Shown here: positions 33,701 through 45,441 of the stretch, in pieces
Position numbering within the stretch: the first letter of the stretch is position 1
Layout of the letters: every line of letters starts with the position of its first letter
Program-made: the position numbers and the translations under genes
Notes under the pieces: model-generated
Seen by the model: only the letters and a program-made list of their open reading frames with translations
What the model was told of the DNA's origin: nothing
Database searches by the model: none
DNA from: Bugula neritina
Lineage: Eukaryota > Animalia > Bryozoa
Direction of reading: 5' to 3'
Assembly (NCBI GenBank): GCA_964035545.1
Contig: OZ037772.1
Location: 3,873,538 to 3,937,537 of the forward strand
Length of the DNA stretch: 64,000 nucleotides

Positions 33701-36700
33701 AATGCAAAATTAATAGGTTTATGCAGAGCAAAGAAATTTATTTGTGTGCCAATTATAAAAAGCAATTGACTCAAATTTATTTAAATACACATATATTTCA
33801 ATAGTATTCAAATAAATTGCACGTAAAATGTATAAATAACATCTAACTGGGAAGCACCAATTGAAATGACCCAAATGTAGGGTTCAACTATATCCTAGCT
33901 TCCTATAAAGGTTTGTGATCATCATTAGTGCACATGTGAACGAATAATTTTGTTAGGTAAACAACTGCCGATTGTTCCATAATTCTTATGTAAATAAAAT
34001 TTTGCTTGAACATATGTAGTTGTAGCATTGATCTCACTTTCTGCTCCTATCAACTACTTTTTAGCTTCATTCAGACCTAGGGATGGTGATTACGTAATAC
34101 TTGTGAAAAGTAGCGTTGACTGAACAACTAAGTGGTTTCAGAGCTACTACAAAATATTTTTCAGTTTACACTAATCGGATTAATTTTCAATTTCATTAAA
34201 ATAAGTGCAGGTCTAACAACTATTAGAGGTGTGGTGCAGGCTATACCGACAATAAAAGGCTCTTTGAACAACTTTAGTGCAAGCGCTGCACTAATATTTC
34301 TCTCTGTGTACTTAAACCCCACAAGGTTCATATATACAACTAATATACATAGTACTTAAATGTTATGAGGCGTAACTCAAATAATTCTAACATAGCTGTG
34401 TTTTATTACTTTGAATTACAACAACGGTCGTGCTCAGACCAGGCTGCGGATGTGTAAGATCGTTGTGCAGACAAAGCATCACAGTAAACATGCCTACTGT
34501 CACTGCCTTGACAAAACCTCATGTTACCCTGTATGCTAATCATTTTGATAAAAGTTATTTTTAGTTGAATTAATTTTCCGGCTTATAGTATGAATCCGCA
34601 CTTACGCCACATATTGGTTACTAGAGGGCGCTCCAGGTAGGCCAGTTTCATGCACAGCAACAGAACGATATTGATAACTTGACTGTGTGACAGGACTATT
34701 CCGCATAGAAACCAGCTTCTCCCGCAAGAGTGATGGGAGAAAGTGATGCCAGCTGAAAGAAATCAATGAAGGTAGCCATATTAGATCACCTGGTAATTGC
34801 TTACAGTTTGTTCTGCAGGCAATAGCTACTGTCTATAACATTAACTCAGAAATTTCTTCTACAAATTTATAGCATGAACGATATTGATAACTTGACTGTA
34901 TGACAGGACTTTTATTTACTAATTAGGAAATTATGTCTATTAAAGTAAATTCCGAAAAATTACAAAAAAATACAGTGATACATTAAATAAACATAATAAA
35001 ACACAGATAATAAATTATATACATGCTGTTATTAAATTAGATTTTGTGACTAAAACAAAATCTTTGTAGCTATACATGCTAAACTTTTGAAAGCGGTATA
35101 AAAACAAGCACCTGTCACACATGTCATGTGAACTTTTCTGAATATGAAAGCACCAGTTCATGTGACCTCACTGACCTCTTCTGAAGGTGAAGGACATGAC
35201 GTACTGTTAGAATTAATAGATAGTAAAACAATTTGTGTCGAACGTATGAACACGAAGAATAATACCACCAAGATCAAAATATTTGGCAGCAAATTATACT
35301 TCATTACAATTACAAACTAATGCATAGTTACACTGATCAAAATTGAGTTATACTTCACTTTACTAATATATTGATGGATTGGTTTATCACATATCACAGA
35401 CAAGAAAAAAATATGTTGTGAAAGTCAGTGTAAATACTGGCCATAAAAAGTAGGCATGAATAAAATTGAAGAAAGAAAAAGTCAGAACTCTGTTGGATTA
35501 TTTAAAATAAAAGATCATTTAAAGCATTACCAAGGTATCTCTGCCCCATGCTTCTCTATATTTAATGGTTTGATATCCTGGTATTGGCAGCAAGTCATAC
35601 TTCACTATACTAATAAGCTGAAACGAAGAGAATAAATGCATTCAACCAACCATGGATAGTCTGAGACAAGAGCTCCAGATAGCTGTATGTCACACTCCTG
35701 CTGGCTCGCTCTTTGCCTGCCGACCTTCGTTTCACCTTCCTTAAGGAGATAGAGTGAGATCTCGGATAGCTGAGGATCTTCATTCAGATTGACTAGAATT
35801 GGCAGTTTGTTGTTCACAGATGTTGCAGCCACGCCTGAGATTACAGTACAGTAGAATGAACCACTTTGTGGTAGGCATATATTATCGAGCTGATCAAGTC
35901 AACTACGAGCTGCAAAAGAAACTCAAAATTGCCTTTCACAATATATCCAATATGTCAGAGGACAAATCCTATTAGAATTAATTCTCTTTAACTATAGAAA
36001 AGTTAATGTTCAAGGGCAAACAATTACTAGTACTTATCAATATGTTCGAGGGCAGACAATTACTAATACTCACCAGTATGTTCGAGGGCAGATGCCTCTT
36101 CTCTCACTTTTTCCTCAGCCAACTTCAGTTTCAACTGCCAATCTCTCTGCTGATTTTCCAAGTTCAACTCTTTCTCCTAAACACAAGCATGACCTGATAT
36201 ATTTACCTGTTCTACAGTAACAGCAGTAGTCACATGTATTGAGATACAAAAGAGGTATTATAAGTATAGACAACAACTTGGCAGTCAAACAGATCTGAAA
36301 TTTGTAGTCTTTGTCTGATTTGTGGTCTAACATCAGCTCTAAATTAAATTAAAGAGAATGCATTTCGAAATGCAATACACAGTAACCGCCTATGATTTAT
36401 TTAGAATAGACTACATTATATATATTATTGTATACATTATATAATATCATATAACATGGCAAATATCACATAATAATGTATAAATTATACAGTATTATAT
36501 AGTATATAATATTACCCCGCCACACGCGCAGGACCACGGCGGTGAAAGGTGACCAAAGGTGATCATAGTATATAATATTACATATATTTTATAAAATTAT
36601 ATTATAAAATTACTATAATGTTTACGTAACGTCATAAAACAACCGACTACAGACACGAGAGGAAGTTGTATCACCTTCAGAGCTTTGCGAAGATCCACAA

Positions 36701-36851
36701 TCCCCTGCATGGTGGAGAGACTGTCCCGCCCTGATCTGATTGCTCGGCCCTCAGTCTACCTTTCTCAGCCCACAGCTCTCTGATCAACTTGACCTTGGGA
36801 TTTTTGTTTACTCTAGCAAGGTTGACTATAGAACGGGCCTGCTTGGCATAT
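27743..36851 (-). pseudogene. KIF14: KIF14-like kinesin-3 gene, unprocessed and apparently disabled (neck, FHA and stalk exons)
   Basis: GT-AG exons: 36851-36675 YAKQARSIVNLARVNKNPKVKLIREL (frameshift before donor); 36176-36074 EKELNLENQQRDWQLKL; 35834-35651 LPILVNLNEDPQLSEISLYLLKEGETKVG...DIQLSG; 30187-30067 GDRVIIGGDHYFHFNHP...PKDFLFA; 27966-27743 FTVSKFEERLADMREL...FSNPGDSW. These match KIF14 motifs in order. More 3' exons probably lie in 21800-27400. Confidence 0.8.
30700..30990. repeat. 21-bp minisatellite (ATATGTTCAATGGTGATCTTA-like), about 13 copies
   Basis: Direct reading. Confidence 0.85.
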
Positions 36852-37946
36852 CTGTAGATGTGAAGAAAACATGCTACCTAAGATTTATACCCTCAATTAT
36901 AACTTTTCAAAAGAAAAATAAAAATTGTAGAAACTTTGGAAGTTAGATGTGTTTTCAAAATGTGAAGTAAAAAACACAATCCAAAAAGAATATAACCAAT
37001 TACATGACTTGTTACATATTTAGATGCTGAACACTTTTTAAATGAAGCAGATAATCATAAGCGAGCTGAAAAGCATATTACAGTGGCTGGTTAAAAACAC
37101 ACATACTCCCACTTTTCTCATAAACTGTAAATACGCCCACACTCACATTGGTACCTGAACTCATACTGAAAGCGTTGCTCATAGCTGGTTCATATTGATA
37201 CTGATATCATAAAGTTAATAATGATATTCATCCTCAATAGTAGAGTTAGTAAATGGTATTGATTCACCCACAATGACAATTACTTGCAAAAGTTATTGAA
37301 TTATTTATTTATTGACTTGGTGAGTTATTTAATTTTATCAATTATAATGTGTATCATTCAAATGTGAATGTTTGTTTGTTTGTTTGTTTTCTTTATTTCC
37401 ATCAAAACAAAAAACAAAAGGACAAAAAAATACAAATATACAACAGTAACACAAAAAGAGCTAAATTCAATTTATATATAATATCAATCGAAGTCAAGAT
37501 GGGGGCCCATGTGCTCAGTAGCATAGCTATTCAAGGAATGGGGCCCAAGTGGCAGTTGAAAAAATAGTTGAAAAAATGTTGAAATGATCTAGTCAATTTG
37601 ATTACCTCATACTAATTTCGATTCATCGCAATTGTCGCAATAATTTTGCTATAGGGAATCTTATTAAATTTGACAATTGACATTCAGTTTCACGATGCTC
37701 ATTCAGTGATTGACAGCTAGTCTTACATTGACCTTCAAGCGTAAAGCAACAGAATCTAACAGTAAGTGTAACTATAAGATTAAGTATATTTAGTTTACTA
37801 TCAAGTATTAACATTACCACGTAAAATTAAAATCTGTCAGTGTCTATAAAATTAAATTCCATAAAGCAAAATTACAAACCATTTTTATTCATGCTCTAAC
37901 TTTGAAACCAGTGATACAAAAATAGTGTCATATCATTATTTGATAT

Positions 37947-38252
37947 TGTTATAATTTTCAGATTTAGGGTTGATATGCTATCCAGAGAGTCTATTTATCT
38001 AGTATAGAACTGCACCAGGCTAAGTCGAGTGAACGAGTATATTTTATACACAATTATACATTATAAAAACACGATACATTATTCCCAACAAGTTACACAT
38101 CTAATCTATTTCACACTCTAGCTTCGACTGAGTTAGCAGCGGGAAACTACAATTGCTGCTAACTATCAACTACGCTAATTGGCTATCCATTGTTCCGGGT
38201 CAATTACGCGACCCTACATGTTGTGCTGCTGGTAGTTCCACGAACCACCACA
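37947..38252 (-). repeat. 3' LTR of element 2
   Basis: Direct repeat of 45136-45441 with 9 substitutions counted; preceded on the minus strand by G-rich PPT-like GGTGGGGGCGG. Confidence 0.96.
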
Positions 38253-38532
38253 CCGCCCCCACCAGCAGAAAGCCATTTTTCTGATATATATATATAAAAA
38301 ACATTCAATAGTAATTGCATACATCAGTGGACAAAAATAATACATAATATACAGGAAGAGACATAATAATACACAGAGTCGTTATAACGATCTGTTGCAT
38401 ACAATTGGCCAGCTGTAGATAGACGAGGAATACTAGCTAGCTGTGGTATTAGACAAGGAATAACCTGTCTAGCAGTTAAGCATTTGCACGAGTTTGGTTC
38501 TTCACCAAATGTGGAGTATTCTGGGTAGCATA

Positions 38533-39609
38533 CTAGAGTCCTTGTTGGGCACGCCGGTGCTTGGCTTGGCATGTACGCAGTTTCCGTTTCATACGGCATA
38601 CGGATCCCTTCAGCTGGAAGAGTCCTGTGGTAGTGTTGAGTAGATCTGGCGCCAGCTGGGTGAACTCTTCTTGTAATCGTAGGAGGCGTTCTTCTACTGT
38701 AGCTAGTCGTACTGGGTCTGGGGACGGTGTCCGTCTGCGGCGTAATGGTGGACTGGGGGACCTGGTCCGTCTCTTCGCCGGGGTAGGGGAGATCTCTCCT
38801 TCTTCTGGATATGTAGTTTCCTCGGGGGTGTAGGTAATTGGAGGGCGGTCAGACACCAACGGGGATTGTTGGCGGGCGTTGTCTAACACACTTTGGAACC
38901 CCGAGGATAGAACGGCTAGTAGCATGGCCTTCTTTACCAGAGGTCGTATATATGTGAGGAACTCCGGGTACAGCTTAGCGTCGACCACATAGTTTTCTCC
39001 AGGGAAACAGCCCGCCGCTCTGTGTCTGGTGACGGGGTAGGGATACACATCATTGTACCCGCAGGGGCAGAAGGTCAGTAGGAGATGGGCATTGACGTGT
39101 AGTTTAAGGGAGCGGTGAGAGGCGCAATCTTCACCACAGATCTGGCATCTCGTCCGTCCTCTGGACCCCCAGGCTGTTTCTATTTCTTCTTCGGTTTGTG
39201 GAGACACCCACCGCCAACGGCGGCGTAGTGGCTCAGGCCGGTCACCACTAGCATAGTCCTCCGGATACGGAGCGGGAAGTGTTCTATCCCGTACCCTGGT
39301 TGTAGCGGGTCGAGTGTAATCTGAAAAAGTTTCAACAGTGTTAGTACATTACACTGCTGTGTTGTCAGCTTGAACAGCTTGGCAACTCCTAATTCAGTTA
39401 CCTCGTAGAGATTAATGATAGTGAATAGTCAGATAGAACCGTATTGCAATGAGATTATAAAAATCTCTAAGTCAAACTAAGTTCTTACTACGGTATTTCA
39501 CTAACCTATCTCCAGCTCGATTGACTCAGTGAGTCAGAGCTGAGCGATGCAATCTAGTTTCGTATTAAGATATAGTTAACTCACCCCACGATCTGTTGTC
39601 GTAAGACAT
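38533..39609 (-). CDS. Accessory ORF3 of element 2, spliced: exons 39609-39585 and 39320-38533 (270 aa, MSYDNRSWDYTRP...)
   Basis: CQICGEDCASHRSLKLHVNAH, FCPCG...H...GC, VDAKLYPEF, KRRTRSPSPPLRRRR, coiled coil LATVEERLLRLQEEF. Exon 2 has no in-frame ATG before the finger. Donor G|GTGAGT (39584), branch TACTAAC (39346-39340), acceptor TTTTTCAG| (39321); phase 1 on both sides. Confidence 0.8.
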
Positions 39610-39633
39610 ACTGAATATGTGAAATGGTTTGAA

Positions 39634-42600
39634 CTACTGCTTAGAAACACGTCTACTCTTGACTGCATCAGCGTATGAAAAGATCGAGCAACGTGGTTGG
39701 GGTGCGTGATTAAGACTTTGTGCACCCGGCGGATGAATTTTGTTCCTACTTCCGCCGATACAAAAGTTGATATTTCCGTGGTGTTGACAACCCCCACATT
39801 TGCTCGATTCTTTTCTCGTACGGTTTTCCCCTAGACTTTCACGTGCGCCGCTTCTAATGCAGTCACATACGAAGTCTTTTAAATACGGTGGGGGTTTCCT
39901 CGTACGCTGTCCCCTTTCTAGGGGGGGTGACACGCTTGCCGGTTCAATAGTAGGGGCCTCTAATGGCGTCTCTACTTCACCGTCAGCAGTCACCTCTTCT
40001 TGTTCTCCGGATGGAGCCCCTCCCTCCGTGGGGGTTTGCACTTCCGGAACCGGCTCGGTTTCTGGAAGTGATGGAATTAGACTTGGCGGTGGCGGACACG
40101 CTTCTGTTGCCAGAAGCTGCCGCTCCTCTCTCACCAAGTTTTCTTCCCGCGGTATGACCACTTCGTATTCAGGTCCATGCCGCCGTCGCCCGCGCGTTGT
40201 TGTCTGCCTCCTGGGCTCTAACAACGGGGGGGCTTCTCCCACTCCGCCGGGGCTAGCCCAATACGGTTTCAAGCGAGACTCATTCTGGATAGACACCTGT
40301 CCTGAGCGCTCAATCTTGTACGTATGATTGGGCATAGCCTCGACGACCACGTAGGGGCCTACGAACTTAGGCTTCAGCTTATCAGCCTGTCCGCGGCGCC
40401 TACGGTAATTGACCATCCACACCTTATCTCCTCTTTGATAGAGGGGTGGTTCATCGGAATCTTCGTGCCGCACCTTCCACTGCTGTTGACGCAGTATATC
40501 GTGTGCGGCCTTCATCCGTTCCACTAGTTCACTGGCATACTCGTGAACCGAGTTATCTTGCTCTGGAACGTGATAGGCGAGATGGTCAGGGACACGAGTC
40601 TCTCTCCCGAGCATCAAGAGGTTTGGGGTCTCACCAGTACTGGTGTGTGGGGTGCTACGGTATGCACGCATGACTTGTGGCAACACCGTATCCCATTCCT
40701 CTTGACCTCGTCCAAGGAGGAGACTCCGGAGCGCATCACCTAGCATCCGGTTGTTGCGCTCCACCACCCCATTACCTTGAGGGTGGTAGGGGGTGGTCCT
40801 GCTCTGATTTACTCCCCAGAGGTGGCAAAGGTCGCTCATCAGTTGAGACTGGAATTGAGCGCCTTGATCAGAGTGTATCTGTTCGGGAAGCCCAAAATAA
40901 CAGAATACATGTTGGTCTAGCGCCCTGGCCACTGTTGGGGCTGATGCATCTGGGATGGCCAGAGCATCCGCCCACCTAGTAAAGTGGTCGGTTAGTACTA
41001 GGATCCAATTATTGCCTCTGGGGGTCAGGGGCATGGGTCCGACCAGGTCTACAGCGACTACTTGCCAGGGCCTACCAGCATATAGCCTCCGCCGTCCTGC
41101 TTCACCAGGGGGGCGGCTATGCTTACTGGCCTGGCAGATCTCACACTGTTTGACTCTGAGCCGGACGTCACGCTCCATCTGCGGCCAATACCACCGGAGT
41201 CGTAATTTGGATATCACTCGCTTGACCCCTGCGTGGGCCTGCTTGTGAGTATCCCAAATCAACTCACGGCGGATGGCTGTGGGGCAGACTACCCTCTTCC
41301 TTTCCGGGTGTCTGCCGCTGGCAGCTAGAGAGATGGTTAGCAACCCATCCTGCCCGATCCGCAGCGAGTCCCAACGCTGACAGTATAGCCTGAACTCGGC
41401 GCATCCCTGTCGTATGCGTTCCTCGCTGGGTCGTCGCCCTTCCCTTTTGGCCCGGTATATGTCTGCCACGACTCCAGGCAGCTCTTCTTGGAGCTTCTTC
41501 AGCTCTCGAACATTACCGGCCAGTACAGGGTTGGCGCGGAGGTTTTGTACATCCTCCGGGGATTCATCAACTCTCTGCCTGAGTTGACCTTGATCCCAGT
41601 CAAACGGTGCTCCGCGATGAGCCAGCGTCTCCAACTCGCATCGTGGGGGACCTCCATCCCTCCTCTCGATGTTGAGACACTGTTTGCAACCTCCGTCAGG
41701 TCGGCGACTCAACCCATCCGCATTGCTGTGTCTCTTGCCCGGTCGATGTTCGATCCGGTACGAGAATTCAGCTAGGATTTCGAGCCACCGGGCGACCTGA
41801 CTAGAGGGCTCTGCTCTCCTGCACAACCAGATCAGTGAGGCATGATCCGTACGCAGCCGGAACTTCCTGCCATATAGGTATGGTCTGAAGTGCTTCACTG
41901 ACTTGATTACTGCCAGCAGTTCCTTGCGGGTAGTGCAGTAATTTCGTTCAGCGGGAGAGAGAGACTTGCTGTAGTAGGCTACTACTACTTCTCGGCCTTC
42001 CTGCACTTGTGACAGCACAGCGCCGACATTCTGGTCACTGGCGTCCGTGTCTAGGATGTACTCCAGAGTGGGGTCTGGGTAGGCCAAGATGGGCGCCGTT
42101 AGGAGGCAGCCCTTGAGGCGGTCGAACGCTTCTTGTTCGACTGGAGTCCACTGCCACGTCACTCCCTTTGCGGTAAGCCGGTTTAACGGCTGGGCTATGC
42201 CCGCAAAGTCTGGTATGTATTGCCTGTAATACCCTACCAGCCCCAAGAAAGCCCGGAGTCCGGTCAAGTCTTGGGGGGTGACCCAGTCTTCTACTGCCCT
42301 TACCTTCTCGGGATCCGTTGCCACGCCGTTTCGACCGACAACGTGCCCCAGGTACTTGACCTCCGGCTGCAACAGAGCGCACTTGGAAGGTTTGAGCTTA
42401 AGACCGGCACCTCGGAGTCTCTCGAAAACCTCCTGCAGACGACTGACATGTGTCTCGAAGTCTGGAGAGATTACGATGACATCATCGAGGTAGACCAGCA
42501 GTGTCTTCCAATGGAGTCCGCTAAGGACTTGTTCCATCAGCCTCTGGAAGGTGGCTGGGGCGGAGGTTAACCCGAAGGGCAGCACCTTCCACTTCCACAA

Positions 42601-44262
42601 ACCGTCCCGTGTGATAAACGCCGCTTTCTCTTGGGCGTCGGGACTCAGAGGAACCTGCCAATAGCCGCTTAGCAAGTCTAATGTACTGAAGTACTTGCTG
42701 CCGGCTAGAGCGTCCAATGACTCGTCAATGCGAGGTAGAGGGTAGGCGTCCTGTATGGTTACGCTATTGAGTTTGCGGTAGTCCACACAGAACCGCCAAC
42801 TGCCGTCTTTCTTCCGGACCAGTACGACTGGCGAGCTCCACGCACTATGGGCGGGCTCTATCAGTCCCCGGTCCAGAAGATCCCGTACTTGTCGGCTAAC
42901 CTCCTTCTCTTTCTCCGGCCCCAGCCTGCGTGTGGGCTGCCGGACAGGGACTGTCCCTGCAGTCAGCGGTATTTCGTGTCTGACAATTCCAGTCAGTCCC
43001 ACGTCATGCTCCCCGCTGCTGAACACATCACCGTAGTCGCGTAGTAACTTGGCCATAGCTTGGCGTTCTCTGTTACTCGCGCAGCCGCCACTGGCTGTCT
43101 CGTATAACTCCCGGAGATGTGTTGGGACTGCCCCTCGTCCCTGAATAGGGTGTCGAGGGAGTGCCTCTGTCGCATCACCCAGCGACGGGCCTACGTCTCC
43201 CTCTTGAACAGAGTGAAAACGGCCCAGCATCGACCCAGCCGGGAGCTTGATAGGCTCGGTAAAGGGGTTGACGCACTGCACTAAGATCTCCCCTTGCTCA
43301 GTCAGCTGATTCAGACTGCTGGCAAGTTGGATCTTTTCGTGCGCGCCTTCAACCACCCCGAGTCCAGAGATCCGGCTACTATTCACCCTGCAGTGAATGG
43401 TAGCCCGGGAGCGGCCTGGTATGGTACGGTTGCGTACCACTTGCACACCTCCCACTAAAGGGCAGCCGAACTTGTCGACGCAGGCGAGTTCCCGCCCGGA
43501 CATCATCATTGCAGATCTGCTAAAATCTATGTGACATCCGTGCCGTTTAAGGAACGGCATCCCGAGGATAGCATCCTCCTTGAGCTGACTGACGATAAAC
43601 GTCTCTTGGATCGTTTGATCACGGACTCGTCCCGTCAGCTCAATTATACCATAGAAGGGAAGGCACGACCCGTCAGCTAGGGTGCCGTATTCCCCTTCGT
43701 ATGCTTCCATCTCGCCCCTGACCCTAGCACTGAGGGTGTCGAAGAGTTGGCGGCTTAAGAGGTTTGTGGTACAGCCCGAATCAATGAGAAAAGTAACAGC
43801 TTTGCCTTCCAGTTTGCCGGGCAAGAAATAGCTGTTCCCATGGGGCTGCACCTGAACTCTCCCTTCAGGCCTTACTCTCGCAGGGAGTACCCCCCTCGCT
43901 TTGGGTCGCGAAGGAGGTCTCTTGGGGCGGTGATAGGCAGGCCTCGGGGGTGCCGAGGCTAGATTCTCAGCTACCTTTGTGTGCTCCCATCCAGATTCTT
44001 GGACTTGTAGCCCTGTGAATCTGTTGTGAAGGGGCATAGAAAAGGCAGCCGCGGGGCGAAGCCCCTTGCTGGTCCGTCGTGGCTGTTGCCACTGTTGGTT
44101 GCCAGTACGCGGTACCCGTCTGGGTGACCTGCGTTTCTTCTTCCCTAGAGGTTTCGTCGGCCCGCGGAAGGTGGGAACATCTGCGGGCCGCGGTAGTTTA
44201 ACCCCTGATTTAGGAAGGGACAATATCGGCGGAAATGTCCTTGATTTCCGCACTCCCAGCAA
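39634..44262 (-). CDS. pol: Pol polyprotein of element 2 (protease, RT, RNase H, integrase)
   Basis: LIDSG, YLDD, DTDAS, HKQAH...CEIC, DDE core, KFVGPY; uninterrupted 1542-codon frame. Confidence 0.97.
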   Translation of the reverse strand: MLGVRKSRTFPPILSLPKSGVKLPRPADVPTFRGPTKPLGKKKRRSPRRVPRTGNQQWQQPRRTSKGLRPAAAFSMPLHNRFTGLQVQESGWEHTKVAENLASAPPRPAYHRPKRPPSRPKARGVLPARVRPEGRVQVQPHGNSYFLPGKLEGKAVTFLIDSGCTTNLLSRQLFDTLSARVRGEMEAYEGEYGTLADGSCLPFYGIIELTGRVRDQTIQETFIVSQLKEDAILGMPFLKRHGCHIDFSRSAMMMSGRELACVDKFGCPLVGGVQVVRNRTIPGRSRATIHCRVNSSRISGLGVVEGAHEKIQLASSLNQLTEQGEILVQCVNPFTEPIKLPAGSMLGRFHSVQEGDVGPSLGDATEALPRHPIQGRGAVPTHLRELYETASGGCASNRERQAMAKLLRDYGDVFSSGEHDVGLTGIVRHEIPLTAGTVPVRQPTRRLGPEKEKEVSRQVRDLLDRGLIEPAHSAWSSPVVLVRKKDGSWRFCVDYRKLNSVTIQDAYPLPRIDESLDALAGSKYFSTLDLLSGYWQVPLSPDAQEKAAFITRDGLWKWKVLPFGLTSAPATFQRLMEQVLSGLHWKTLLVYLDDVIVISPDFETHVSRLQEVFERLRGAGLKLKPSKCALLQPEVKYLGHVVGRNGVATDPEKVRAVEDWVTPQDLTGLRAFLGLVGYYRQYIPDFAGIAQPLNRLTAKGVTWQWTPVEQEAFDRLKGCLLTAPILAYPDPTLEYILDTDASDQNVGAVLSQVQEGREVVVAYYSKSLSPAERNYCTTRKELLAVIKSVKHFRPYLYGRKFRLRTDHASLIWLCRRAEPSSQVARWLEILAEFSYRIEHRPGKRHSNADGLSRRPDGGCKQCLNIERRDGGPPRCELETLAHRGAPFDWDQGQLRQRVDESPEDVQNLRANPVLAGNVRELKKLQEELPGVVADIYRAKREGRRPSEERIRQGCAEFRLYCQRWDSLRIGQDGLLTISLAASGRHPERKRVVCPTAIRRELIWDTHKQAHAGVKRVISKLRLRWYWPQMERDVRLRVKQCEICQASKHSRPPGEAGRRRLYAGRPWQVVAVDLVGPMPLTPRGNNWILVLTDHFTRWADALAIPDASAPTVARALDQHVFCYFGLPEQIHSDQGAQFQSQLMSDLCHLWGVNQSRTTPYHPQGNGVVERNNRMLGDALRSLLLGRGQEEWDTVLPQVMRAYRSTPHTSTGETPNLLMLGRETRVPDHLAYHVPEQDNSVHEYASELVERMKAAHDILRQQQWKVRHEDSDEPPLYQRGDKVWMVNYRRRRGQADKLKPKFVGPYVVVEAMPNHTYKIERSGQVSIQNESRLKPYWASPGGVGEAPPLLEPRRQTTTRGRRRHGPEYEVVIPREENLVREERQLLATEACPPPPSLIPSLPETEPVPEVQTPTEGGAPSGEQEEVTADGEVETPLEAPTIEPASVSPPLERGQRTRKPPPYLKDFVCDCIRSGARESLGENRTRKESSKCGGCQHHGNINFCIGGSRNKIHPPGAQSLNHAPQPRCSIFSYADAVKSRRVSKQ

Positions 44263-45104
44263 AAACTGACTGTTTCTCCCTGTGGCGGCGCCGATGGCCG
44301 CATGGGCTCAGGGGCGGTACTCACTGGGTTTTGTGGTGTCAGTGTTGCTATCAGCTTGGCTAGCATGTCCGTCAGTTGAGTGACTTTTGATGCCGTCGCC
44401 AACTGGGACACGGCAGCCGCGGCGGGGGTTTCCTCCCCTTGTCCCGCGGCCGTGTCTGCGCGGTCTATCTCCACTTGGCGGGAGCTTCCGCGACTTTTAT
44501 GCATTTGGTTAGCTAGGAGGTAAGCTTCCCCCTCAGTCAGAGCATCTTCAACGGTGGTGACTCCCCTAGCTAGAAACTGGTGGTGGAGACCCAGATCGTC
44601 GACAGATGCTATGAAAGCGTCGAGGGTGTACCTCTCACGGTTGACTGGGGGCAAGTCGCTGTACGCGATCTGTGCCAGCTTCATGACCGCGGCGGCATGC
44701 TCCCGCAGCGGGGTGCGGGGATCACGCCGCAACCTCTGTAATCGGGCCCTGGCATCTGTAGCCGAGAGGCCAAAGCGGGCCCGCAGAGAAGCAAAGATAT
44801 TATCAATGTCTACGCCCAGCCCATAGGGCTTGGCTTTGTCCATCAATGCCATTCTAAGCTTCAGCAGGGCCACCCTAGGGGGCCACTGAGCGACGTCCAT
44901 TACGTCGCTAAACTCTTGGATGAATTGTTCCACCTCCTCTTCACCCGTGAAGGTGGGCGCCTTTAACCTGTAGTGGTATTCAGCTAGTTCTCGTGGAACC
45001 CTTCGCTCTTCTACTACATGGTTAACAGGCATTGTCTCTACAGCATTGTCTCTACGCTCACCTTCGATTGCCGGTGGTTGAGTTCCAGCATTTTCAGTCT
45101 CCAT
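44145..45104 (-). CDS. gag: Gag of element 2
   Basis: Intact 319 aa ORF starting 13 nt after the PBS; CWECGNQGHFRRYC knuckle; homologous to element 1 Gag. Confidence 0.95.
   Translation of the reverse strand: METENAGTQPPAIEGERRDNAVETMPVNHVVEERRVPRELAEYHYRLKAPTFTGEEEVEQFIQEFSDVMDVAQWPPRVALLKLRMALMDKAKPYGLGVDIDNIFASLRARFGLSATDARARLQRLRRDPRTPLREHAAAVMKLAQIAYSDLPPVNRERYTLDAFIASVDDLGLHHQFLARGVTTVEDALTEGEAYLLANQMHKSRGSSRQVEIDRADTAAGQGEETPAAAAVSQLATASKVTQLTDMLAKLIATLTPQNPVSTAPEPMRPSAPPQGETVSFCWECGNQGHFRRYCPFLNQGLNYRGPQMFPPSAGRRNL
44159..44202 (-). promoter_or_regulatory. -1 frameshift signal of element 2
   Basis: G TTA AAC in gag phase, 6-nt spacer, stem GGCCCGC/GCGGGCC spanning 31 nt as in element 1; pol is in the -1 frame. 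Confidence 0.75.
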
Positions 45105-45116
45105 CTTGGATGCACC

Positions 45117-45134
45117 ATCCCACCGCTGCCACCA
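45117..45134 (-). promoter_or_regulatory. Primer-binding site (tRNA-Leu)
   Basis: Minus strand TGGTGGCAGCGGTGGGAT, identical to the element 1 PBS. Confidence 0.92.
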
Positions 45135-45135
45135 C

Positions 45136-45441
45136 TGTTATAATTTTCAGTTTTAGGGTTGATGTACTATCCAGAGAGTCTATTTGTCTATTATAGAACT
45201 GCACCAGGCTAAGTCGAGTGAACGAGTATATTTTATACACAACTATACATTATAAAAACACGATACATTATTTCAAACAAGTTACACATCTAATCTATTT
45301 CACACTCTAGCTTCGACTGAGTTAGCAGCGGGAAACTACAATTGCTGCTAACTATCAACTACGCTAATTGGCTATCCATTGTTCCGGGTCAATTACGCGA
45401 CCCTACACGTTGTGCTGCTGGTAGTTCCACGAACCACCACA
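45136..45441 (-). repeat. 5' LTR of element 2
   Basis: 306-bp repeat adjacent to the PBS. Confidence 0.96.

Larger units (their letters stand above)
37947..45441 (-). mobile_element. Full-length Ty3/Gypsy LTR retrotransposon (element 2)
   Basis: Two 306-bp LTRs (TGTGGT...TAACA on the minus strand), flanks ATAT/ATAG, the same tRNA-Leu PBS, intact gag and pol, ORF3. Confidence 0.98.

Noticed and set aside
37365-37860. Possible LINE (CR1/L2) 3' end with a (TTTG)n tail
   Set aside because: No recognisable RT motif remains; too degraded to call.
45117-45134. tRNA-Leu 3' end sequence as a tRNA gene
   Set aside because: Only 18 nt including CCA, adjacent to an LTR; it is the PBS.
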